Virus record (IMG/VR): IMGVR_UViG_3300028833_000075
Span: 32,001 to 96,000 of that record
Origin: a virus
Lineage: Duplodnaviria > Caudoviricetes
Length of the DNA: 64,000 nucleotides
Strand: one strand, 5' to 3'
Shown: one piece after another, positions 18,528-27,500 of the stretch
Numbering within the stretch: position 1 is the first letter of the stretch
Layout: every line of letters begins with the position of its first letter
Made by a program: the position numbers and the translations under genes
Notes under the pieces: generated by a model
Told to the model about the DNA's origin: nothing
The model's input: only the letters and a program-made list of their open reading frames with translations
The model's database searches: none

Positions 18528-21500
18528 TTATAATGTATGAACTACTTTCTTTTTTCTTTGCAGTGTTTTAGGTAAATCTCTTACTATGGTAATTGTTTCT
18601 TCTTCGTATGTCATTTCAAAAATAATTTGATGATTATCCTCTGTGGAAAAGATCTTTCTGTCATTTGGAAAAATATTTCCATGTGTAGGAGGAGAAGAAA
18701 TGAATTCAGATCCGCTTCTTATAGAATAAGTATTGATGCTTTCCGGTTTGGTATAAGAATATGAACCATATAAACCAAAATTATCGTTGTTGCCACTCTC
18801 ATCGCATCTTGTTACCTGAAACGTTGGGATTACATTATCAAGCGCAGAATATGTTATTCCGGTTATTGTGTCTGTTCCAAGCAAATTTGCTCCGTTGTAT
18901 GTTTCTAATGACAGCGTTCCAGTTCCATATTTAGACATGTAAAAACACCATGCAACTGGAATATAAATAGATACGCTTGATACGCCTGCTGCAACTGAAA
19001 CCCATTCGGTTTCCATATCCGGACCGAAACTGAGATTATACCTGTGCGTAAAATCCATTGAAGCAATATTAATTGTTAATAAGGCAGTATCTCCACCCGT
19101 ATATGCCGTTTTATCAAGTGAGCATGTACTTTTTGTGATATGATAGTGACCAACGACGCTAACATTGCTTGCAGGCATCGTGAATTGATTGTTCGTAATT
19201 GTAACTTCAGGCGTTGTTTCGTATCCATCAAACGCATAACTCATTGATGGAGTTTGGCTTAAAGTGATTGTGTCTCCATAATTAGCGGTATCCGACGAGG
19301 CCGTAACAGTTCCGCCGACAGCAGGATCTGCGCTTGTGGTTATATTATAATCTATTTTTTCGAAAGAAGCAGTAACAGTAGTGTTGGCAGCTGGCATTGT
19401 TATTGTAGTAGATGCAGTTGATGCGCTGCCAATTGTGCCTCCCGTTGTCGTCCATCCGGTAAAACGATAGCCTGTTCCAGCGTTTGCAGTAATAGTTATC
19501 ACATCGTCATAATACCCGGATGTTGAATCAAGTGTAACACTACCGCTTCCATTAGGAGAAACCTCTCCGGTTAATGTATAGGAAACATGAGTAAAGTTAG
19601 CAGTAACCGTTGCGTTTCCTGCGCCCATTGTAAACGTTGTTGGGTTGGTTGTTGTGCTGGATAAAGTACCTGATGTATTCGTCCAGTTTGCAAATGCATA
19701 TCCGGTTGCTGGAGTCGCTGTTAATTCTTTGGTAGATGTATATTGTATTGTGTCGCCTGCCGTAACAGTACCGCCGCCTGTTGGGGAAACGGTTGTTGTT
19801 AATGTATAGTTGTTTTTTGTGAAGTTCGCAGTAACTGTTGCATTTCCGGCACCTATTGTAAACGTTGTTGGATTTGCGGTCGTGCTGGATAATGTTCCTG
19901 CGGTTTTGGACCAACTGCTAAATGAATAACCACTGCTTGCTGTTGCCGTTAATTGTTTCTGGCTGTTGTAGTTCATAGAACCGCCAGCAGTTACGGTGCC
20001 TCCTCCGGTCGGAGAAACAGCAGTAGTTAAAGTATAACTGTTGATTGTAAAATTAGCAGTAACAGTTGCATTGCCGTTTGGCATCGTATATGTCGTTGAC
20101 GCGGCATTGGCATTAGCAAGTGTACCGCCACTTGATGTTGTCCAGTTTTTAAATGTATAACCAGTTGATGCGGTTGCAGAAATACTACACTTATCGTTAT
20201 AGTATTTCGTACCTCCGCCGGAAACAGTACCTCCTCCGGAAGGGCTGACCGATAGCGTTAATGTTCTCTGAATATGTGTGAAGTTTGCTGTAACGGTCGC
20301 ATTGGCATTCGGCATCGTATAAGTAGTTGATGCAGAATTAGCGTTAGCAATCGTACCTCCACTGGAAGTAGTCCAGTTTTTAAATGAATATCCGGTCGCG
20401 GCAGTTGCTGAAATAGTAACTTTATCATTATAATACTTCGTACCGCCTCCGGAAGTTGTACCGCCTCCGGAAGGACTAACTGCCAGCGTAAGTGTTCGTT
20501 GGACGTGTGTGAAATTAGCAGTAACAGTCGCATTGCCAGCACCCATTGTAAATGTCGTGGGATTCGTTGTTGTGCTGGATAGAGTACCGGCATTTTTACT
20601 CCAACTACTAAACGCGTATCCTGTGGAAGCCGTGGCTGTTAAGCTTTTTGTTGAACCGTAGTTCATAGATCCGCCAGCGGTAACGCTTCCTCCTCCGGAA
20701 GGGGAAACTGCAGTCGTCAAAGTATAGCTATTAATTTTAGCATTAGCTGTAACTGTAACGTTTCCAGCCGGCATCGTAAAGGTGGTGCTTGCTGAATTCG
20801 CGTTTCCAAACGTGCCACCGTTATTGGATGTCCAATTCTTAAATGTGTAGCCGGTCGATGCTGTTGCTGAAATATTGTTGGAAGAACCGTAAGATTTGCT
20901 GCCTCCGCCGCTTACGCTGGAAATGCCCGTTCCTTTTGCTACAGTAAGGGTATAACTGTTTGTTCCAAAATTTGCCGTAACGGTGGCCGCGCTGGTCCCC
21001 ATCGTGAATGTGGTAGGGTTTGAGGTTGTACTTGACAGCGTACCAGCGGTTTTACTCCAACTACTAAAGTGACGTCCTGTGCTCGGGGTAGCGGTTAAAC
21101 TCTTGGTCGAATTATAGCTCATTGCTCCACCAGCGGTCACGCTGCCATAACCGCTGGGGGAAACCGTGGTTGTTAAAGTCCATGTTTGGTTTGCGGTTTG
21201 CATTGTGACCGTTGAAGCATTCTGGTGAGCAAAGCCATTGCTTATAATGGCCCCGTCTCTTGCTACTGTGAGATAGATTTGCTTTCCAGCAAGAGCCGTC
21301 CCTCCGGAGCCAATGGTAAAATCGGTTGTGTACACACGACTGGAACCGTAAATATACAACGTCGGTGACAACGCCACCCTGTTGTTGCCTGACGAATCAC
21401 AAAGGTATAATGTAAACGTTCCGGTTTTACCATTGTTTTCTTTCCAGGATGGCTTATCTTTGAATGTAATTGTACCACTCGGGTATTCACCTGTTCCTAA

Positions 21501-21563
21501 CGAGATGCCTAATGAAGCAGGCCATTGGTATACGCCAGAAATGGAACCAGTCTTTGTTCCCAT
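18528..21563 (-). CDS. Virion protein with nine tandem InlB B-repeat-like (Listeria-Bacteroides repeat-like) domains
   Basis: 1011 aa; nine ~77-aa repeats YTLT..SPxGGG..Y..TAT..GY-x-F-xx-W..TM..NATVTANF. Confidence 0.8.
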   Translation of the reverse strand: MGTKTGSISGVYQWPASLGISLGTGEYPSGTITFKDKPSWKENNGKTGTFTLYLCDSSGNNRVALSPTLYIYGSSRVYTTDFTIGSGGTALAGKQIYLTVARDGAIISNGFAHQNASTVTMQTANQTWTLTTTVSPSGYGSVTAGGAMSYNSTKSLTATPSTGRHFSSWSKTAGTLSSTTSNPTTFTMGTSAATVTANFGTNSYTLTVAKGTGISSVSGGGSKSYGSSNNISATASTGYTFKNWTSNNGGTFGNANSASTTFTMPAGNVTVTANAKINSYTLTTAVSPSGGGSVTAGGSMNYGSTKSLTATASTGYAFSSWSKNAGTLSSTTTNPTTFTMGAGNATVTANFTHVQRTLTLAVSPSGGGTTSGGGTKYYNDKVTISATAATGYSFKNWTTSSGGTIANANSASTTYTMPNANATVTANFTHIQRTLTLSVSPSGGGTVSGGGTKYYNDKCSISATASTGYTFKNWTTSSGGTLANANAASTTYTMPNGNATVTANFTINSYTLTTAVSPTGGGTVTAGGSMNYNSQKQLTATASSGYSFSSWSKTAGTLSSTTANPTTFTIGAGNATVTANFTKNNYTLTTTVSPTGGGTVTAGDTIQYTSTKELTATPATGYAFANWTNTSGTLSSTTTNPTTFTMGAGNATVTANFTHVSYTLTGEVSPNGSGSVTLDSTSGYYDDVITITANAGTGYRFTGWTTTGGTIGSASTASTTITMPAANTTVTASFEKIDYNITTSADPAVGGTVTASSDTANYGDTITLSQTPSMSYAFDGYETTPEVTITNNQFTMPASNVSVVGHYHITKSTCSLDKTAYTGGDTALLTINIASMDFTHRYNLSFGPDMETEWVSVAAGVSSVSIYIPVAWCFYMSKYGTGTLSLETYNGANLLGTDTITGITYSALDNVIPTFQVTRCDESGNNDNFGLYGSYSYTKPESINTYSIRSGSEFISSPPTHGNIFPNDRKIFSTEDNHQIIFEMTYEEETITIVRDLPKTLQRKKKVVHTL

Positions 21564-21574
21564 AACACCACCTC

Positions 21575-22912
21575 TTATAATTCAATTACTGCCATAGGAA
21601 CAGCGGCTGAATTTGTTACTGTTAATGTTGTGCTCTGTGCTGATACAGTTATATTGGATCCTTTATGTATGATTGCGTATCTTCCGTTGGAAGCGATAAT
21701 AAGACATCCATCGGCAGAATCCATTATTCCACCTGAAGAACCTGGAGTTGACGCGCTACTCCAAATTAAATATGTTTTGCCGTTTGCTGAAAACGGAACG
21801 GAAACAGTTGTGGTTGTGTTCCAATAACTATGGTAAAAACTGTCCAATGCATCCTCGGCAAAATCACTCGCAGGGATACCAGACGCAGGCTTTGTATACT
21901 TTGATGAAATATTTGTTTTAAGTTGGTTTAGAACGCCTTCTCGAGGATGTGGCATCAAATTATTCATCCCAAGTGTATCACCGTAGGAGATGCTGGTTGT
22001 AGCAACATAATACGCTTCTCGCCAATACACATACGAACCTGCGTTTATATTGTTTCTTGCGGTATCTCCGTCTTCTACGTAAAGCATACCGGAAACATTA
22101 AGTTTGCCTGAAACATCCGGAGCCTGCGTAATATAATCCGAATGCTGATGGCCGGAATCAATTAAATTCCCGTTAGCGTCAATAGCCGCAAAATGTCCGT
22201 TTATCGCGCCTGCAACTTTATCTGCTTTTGCTTCGTTAAGCAAGTCAAATTCAGCAGAGGTCATCGTTCCAGTATTCCCGGCCGACTTAATTGTCGAAAT
22301 AGAAATACTGGATGTACCGACTACAGATTGACAGGAAACTGTAATATAGCCAGTGTTGCATGTTACATAGATTCTGTCGTGAAACACCGACGGTGTACCA
22401 AGTTCAATTCGAATTGCAACCATATCACCTGAAACATCAGGATTCTGAAATGTTCCCGTGTACGCTCCGCTTACGTTTTCAACAGTTCCAGTTGTTGTAA
22501 TAACTCTTGCGCCGGGTACAGCTTTCCACGTTCCGTCACCCATAAGAACTTTTGTATTGTCTCCTGCGGCTGGAGCCGGAGCAAGACCTGCAACTCCGGC
22601 GGATATCATTGTAGCGCCAACCAAAACATCCGTATTGGATACGCTGACATATGCAGAACCGTCCCAATGATATACTTTGTTGTCGTCGAGAGTAATATAT
22701 ATTTTACCGGCCGCCCCAGAAGAAGGAAGACTCTCGAAATCAGGAGCCTCGATGACATCTTTTATGCTTGCTGGTAATTGTGCGCTTGGAATTTTTCCTG
22801 TTGAATCTAAAGAAGCTACACCGCTTGCGGCTCCTTTTTCGGTTTTTGAAATAAAAATTGTCTTGATTTTATTTAAAAAATAGCCAAGACCTGTAAAATC
22901 AAGAAAAGCCAT
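21575..22912 (-). CDS. Tail fibre-like protein, paralogous in part to 17138..18505
   Basis: 445 aa; FLDxxGL start, GVASLDxxGKIPxxQLP, GLAPAPAAGD..GDGTW; shares the SGAYT..DM-x-A..IELG..EFD domain. Confidence 0.75.
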   Translation of the reverse strand: MAFLDFTGLGYFLNKIKTIFISKTEKGAASGVASLDSTGKIPSAQLPASIKDVIEAPDFESLPSSGAAGKIYITLDDNKVYHWDGSAYVSVSNTDVLVGATMISAGVAGLAPAPAAGDNTKVLMGDGTWKAVPGARVITTTGTVENVSGAYTGTFQNPDVSGDMVAIRIELGTPSVFHDRIYVTCNTGYITVSCQSVVGTSSISISTIKSAGNTGTMTSAEFDLLNEAKADKVAGAINGHFAAIDANGNLIDSGHQHSDYITQAPDVSGKLNVSGMLYVEDGDTARNNINAGSYVYWREAYYVATTSISYGDTLGMNNLMPHPREGVLNQLKTNISSKYTKPASGIPASDFAEDALDSFYHSYWNTTTTVSVPFSANGKTYLIWSSASTPGSSGGIMDSADGCLIIASNGRYAIIHKGSNITVSAQSTTLTVTNSAAVPMAVIEL

Positions 22913-23108
22913 CGTAACACTCCTTTCTTATTAATTCGTCGATTTGTTCGTTTGATATGATTGAAATGTTTTGTACTTTTTCTTTGTCTTCAGCCGTATA
23001 GTCATTAGAAGATAAGCCCATCCAACGGGCCTTATCAACCTTATAGCTCATAGCAGACTTAACTTTACCCCATATTTTTCCAAGATCGCGATTCGTATCG
23101 GCTTTCAC
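22899..23108 (-). CDS. Small protein with GLSSNDYT motif (tail-fibre associated)
   Basis: 69 aa overlapping the next gene's start; GLSSNDYTxEDKEK motif typical of phage fibre proteins. Confidence 0.5.
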   Translation of the reverse strand: MKADTNRDLGKIWGKVKSAMSYKVDKARWMGLSSNDYTAEDKEKVQNISIISNEQIDELIRKECYDGFS

Positions 23109-23132
23109 TTTTGCATAGCCCGCATAACGACG

Positions 23133-23390
23133 TTAGAAATTCATAGAGTTATATTGATTGATAATATCTTGGATTTGTTCGCTTGTTATGCCACGGGTTT
23201 GCTGAAGATATTGAAGAATTTGATTAGGATCGTTTTGCATATAAGCAGGAATGTCCGGGAAAGACTGCCGCACAAAAGCGGCCGGGTTACGCATTGCCTG
23301 CATAACCCGACTCACTTTTTGTATGGGATTCATCGGTTGATCCGGCCTGCTAGCCGGATTGCTCATATATTGAGTATATAATGGGTTCAC
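23133..23390 (-). CDS. Small Q/N/P-rich helical protein; accessory cassette member
   Basis: 85 aa, coupled to the upstream gene. Confidence 0.7.
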   Translation of the reverse strand: MNPLYTQYMSNPASRPDQPMNPIQKVSRVMQAMRNPAAFVRQSFPDIPAYMQNDPNQILQYLQQTRGITSEQIQDIINQYNSMNF

Positions 23391-23815
23391 TTGCTGGCAC
23401 CTCTATTCTGAAGTCCACGAGACAGATTCGCGATCTGTTCCTTTATTTCTGCAAATTCTCTTTTAAGTTCTTCGATGTCTTCTTTTGATGCTTCGCCCTT
23501 CATTTCACCGGAAATATTTGCAGGAAACAGGACAGGATTTGCACGTTCTTTAATGGTATACTCAAGTTCCTGAATGGGGTTGGGAGCTCCCATTTGATTC
23601 CAGCTCTTCAAGTAAATTTTCTTTTCGCTATTATCCCATAAAACAATAGGCGTTTCAGACGGCCACCCCTGAGGCATTTGAAATGCCTGAGCGCCAACTT
23701 TACCGTCAACCCATTCCATTGATTTTACGTTTTGAGAATAAGATTGATTTGGCTGGTACATTCCATTCATGTTGTTATAAGGATTATAATAATTATAATA
23801 CGCCATATATAACAC
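23387..23815 (-). CDS. Hypothetical protein (Y/N-rich N-terminus, WVDG..GA motif, C-terminal coiled coil); accessory cassette member
   Basis: 142-aa ORF with AGAGGTG RBS. Confidence 0.7.
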   Translation of the reverse strand: MLYMAYYNYYNPYNNMNGMYQPNQSYSQNVKSMEWVDGKVGAQAFQMPQGWPSETPIVLWDNSEKKIYLKSWNQMGAPNPIQELEYTIKERANPVLFPANISGEMKGEASKEDIEELKREFAEIKEQIANLSRGLQNRGASK

Positions 23816-23819
23816 CTCT

Positions 23820-24206
23820 TTAATTGGTTATTCTCCAGAAAAACGAACAGACTTCGGAACCGGAATCCCAAGAGTCGTAGTAATTTCCAGAAATAACTGC
23901 GACTGCATGGGATCCCGTCCCGATAATATAGATGCCAATAGGAAACTCTTCCGCAAATTGTTGAATTGTAATACACTTAGGACAAACAGAAGGAAGAATA
24001 AAAGGCTCAAACCCTTTAAGGTAAAGATAATGGCCCCACACAGCGTCTGCAGATGGCATATTAAAGTCACTTCTGGCGACGGCATAAAGCTCATCAAACG
24101 TTTGAACCCAAGGTTGATTTAACGCAATAGATATTGCACGGACTACACAATCCGGCACTTCTTTGTTTAATGGATTTGGATTTGCTTTAATCCACATATA
24201 ACCCAT
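23820..24206 (-). CDS. Putative small papain-like (Cys-His-Asp) enzyme
   Basis: 128 aa; DCVVRA, HAVAV and YDSWD motifs in catalytic-triad order. Function is inferred. Confidence 0.55.
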   Translation of the reverse strand: MGYMWIKANPNPLNKEVPDCVVRAISIALNQPWVQTFDELYAVARSDFNMPSADAVWGHYLYLKGFEPFILPSVCPKCITIQQFAEEFPIGIYIIGTGSHAVAVISGNYYDSWDSGSEVCSFFWRITN

Positions 24207-24212
24207 CTCCGA

Positions 24213-24572
24213 TCATTCGGTCGGTTCAAAATTTACAAAGTCTTCAAGCGCTTCAATCTGTTTGAAGTTAATACCTTTAACAAGAGGAAGCACGGGAACA
24301 TCAAATGGTTCTACCTCAACATCCAGATTGTTAATTTCTTCAAGCTCATTTTGATAGTGAATAAAGTCTTCGCCTTTAATAATACCGTTTTCATCTGTTA
24401 CGTTTGCATATTTGTTGTTGAGCATTGAGACTCTTTCATTATAAAAATCAACATTTGATCTGATTGCTTTGCGTACTTTATATATTTGCCAGTGCATATT
24501 CTCATCGATATCTGGATTAGAGACTAACTCTTCGGTAGTACGGTACGCATTAATAATTTTTATCTGTTTCAT
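24213..24572 (-). CDS. Hypothetical protein following Tal
   Basis: Start moved to ATG 24572 (MKQIKI) behind AAGGAG; the longer track ORF overlaps Tal. Confidence 0.65.
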   Translation of the reverse strand: MKQIKIINAYRTTEELVSNPDIDENMHWQIYKVRKAIRSNVDFYNERVSMLNNKYANVTDENGIIKGEDFIHYQNELEEINNLDVEVEPFDVPVLPLVKGINFKQIEALEDFVNFEPTE

Positions 24573-24591
24573 AACAATAATCTCCTTATAG

Positions 24592-27500
24592 TTAAGTATA
24601 ATAAGTATGTAAACTTTGAGCTGAACTTCTATAGTACCAATATCTGTTACCTGCAGATACATATCGGCCGCTGCTGTCTGTATAATAAAGAGCAATTTGA
24701 TTGCCGTTGTTATAACGTGTAAGTCCGGATGCACAGTTAGTATGCGATTCTAACGTTAGCGTTCCGGTGTTGCCGTTGCTTAGTGTCGCTGTGATAGTAT
24801 CGCCGCTTCTTGCTATTGAAGATACAGTTACGTCAGCTACGGCAGGCGGGCCGCTAAACACAATTGTTCTTGTTGAGTTAACTAACGTGGATCCGTCGTA
24901 TCCGCGCACAGGAACAGTAAGACGATAAGTTTCGTCGTAATCTATACTGTATGCATTTGTTTTCAAACTTACTCGGCCGGATGCATCTCCGTATCCGTCG
25001 TTATAACCTTCTGTATGGCCTGCGTTGTATGTTGCAGCTGTTGAGATAGATCCTTTAACAAAAGTGTTTGAAGAAAGCGTAACGGTTTTACTTGAAACGT
25101 TTTCTTTTAATGTCATTTCAGTAGTGTTGATCAGGTTTTCCGAAGAAGGAGAATCGTGATATATATTCGCATATATAGTTTTGCTTGGGTTCGGAGTTCC
25201 TACAATATCTTGATATATTGATGTTGTTGGAATCGTACCTTTAATCGTTCCGGTGATTGCGGATATAGAATAGGTCGTGCCGTCCCATGCTCCGCTTAAT
25301 GAAACGGCCGAATCAAAAGACACGCCCCTCGTTCCGCCGCCTGAAGTTGTTAAATTAATCGTTACTTTACCTGTTACAGAATCGACTTTAATAGATTTTA
25401 CGGTTTGGAACTTCAGTTTACCCATAGCAACAGTCACATCAAAGTCTTCAGGATCATCAGACGAAAACCACTTATTCATATCGACAACCTGATAATTCGG
25501 TGACACTGCTGTTCCGATGTTTACGCGAAGCTGGGATATTGTAACAACACCGTCTTTCGTAACGGAAAATGGCGCGCTGTTAGGAGCATTAGCGCCGCAC
25601 CAGAAAGCATACATTGTATCGACTGGAGTCGTAGTTCCGCTCTTTGGATAAAGTGTAGTGCTGCTGTCCAGTGCGACATATGTCGTTCCGCTGCTGGAAT
25701 CGAGTTTTCCCGTACGGATATTCCAGTCTCCAATTGTGCCTTCTTCTGCCGTGATTTTACCGGAGAACTCTCCGCTTGTTGCTTTCAGGACGCCTGTTGG
25801 TGATACAGAGAAGTTTGATCCAATTGTAATTGAACCTTTATTAATTGTTGCCGATCCGTCTGAAGCTACAATAAAATTATTGTTTACGTTAATTGTGCCG
25901 CCAGAAACATTCAGGTTGGACATTTTAACATAGCCGTCTTGACGTACATAGAATGGAGTGTTTGTCGCGTCTGGGTCTGTTGTTCCTGCCCATATAGCAA
26001 TTGCTGTATCGCTATTTGTTTTTGCCAAACCTGTTTTATTGCCTTTCAAAGTCGCAGAAGAGATGGCCCATCCGGCAATATCGCCATCTCCAGTATGAAT
26101 AGTACCGGTAATATCAACTGTTCCGTCAGCTGTGGCCTTAACGTAATTGCCTCCAACTTTACCGACAATCAATCCATCTGTGCCGTAATACGCCCCGTTG
26201 TGAGTTGTATCTGATAAGGTTGTTTTCCCGTTATAGATATATGCAACCGTGCCGTTTGAACCAATTGTAAAAGGACTGCCTGAATTACCGATCAATACAT
26301 TGCCTCCGCTAAGCAAAGTAAGTGTTTTGCCAGCTCCGATATTAATTGTATTATTGGCAAGAAGATCTACATTGCCGTTGATTGAATCAACTTTTAACGC
26401 AGCTCCGGACAGAACCGACTCGATAGGGTAGTTGTACGTCTGCCCGTTATTGATATACGTTAAATCGCCAAAAAATATTGATTGCGACTTTGCGATAACG
26501 GCAGAACTGTTTCCGGAAAACACTACTTTAAATTTCCCGCCGCCGAAATTAACGCCGTCTGATCCCATGTAAAGACCGTCTGCCGTAGAATTAATATTGT
26601 CGGCACCGTTTGATCTTAAATGGAATTCTCCGCTGGATTGGAGGTCAAGCTTACCTTGACTGGAAATATTAATATCTCCGCCAGTCATATTAAGCTCACC
26701 GCCTGAAATAACATTCACCTGAGCTTTGTCTGTTTCGTTTCCTGCTTTAATTTCAATAATGGCGTCGGTTGTTTTAACGGTTCCCGCTGGCCGCGAACCA
26801 TTAACGGTAGCGTACAGCAATAAAGCTTTATTACTGCTTATTTCAAGTTCCTGCCCAACGTTGCTGGATAGTTTGTCTGTCGTAATTGATCCCGCTTCAA
26901 TTCTGTCTGCACTCATATATCCGGTTGTAATAACATCAGCAGTTAAACCAGTCCCGGTAAGAGCAGATCTATATAGCCAGTCGCCGTCTTCTGTTTTTTG
27001 ATTGCTTATACCTAACCCTCTGCCGCCAAGAATCATTGCAGACAATCCATCTGCAGATTCAAAAATGATATTTCCGTTTGGATCGGTATAATAATTAGAC
27101 GCTCCGCCTTTTAATACTGTCTGGTTAAGCTGAATTGTTCCTTCCAGTTTGTCACTTGGAATCGATCCGGAATTCAGCATTGCGGCCCTGTCGTAAATGT
27201 TCTGTTTTCCTTTGATGTCTTTTGCAACCTCTGCGATTCTCGTCAGAACGTCTGTAAATTCATGCTGCCCGACTAACGAAAGCTTGGTGTTAATATCGAG
27301 AGTTGTCCTCCATTCCTGATCGTAACACTTGTTTATTCGGTCGATGTAAGCCCAGACGCTTTCTTTCAGTTCGGGATCAACTAAATGGGCCGCGTCTGTA
27401 ATCTTGATGTCTGGCCACTCCACGTCGTTGTTTTCGTAATAATGAATGTCGTGATTAGAACCGTACAAGTCAAGGAAATCGAACGTATAAGTAATTTCAG

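Noticed and set aside
18528-21563. Tandem repeats as a CRISPR array or DGR template/variable repeat pair
   Set aside because: Repeats are ~230-bp in-frame protein domains without spacers; no adenine-specific pattern noticed and no reverse transcriptase or cas gene in the window.
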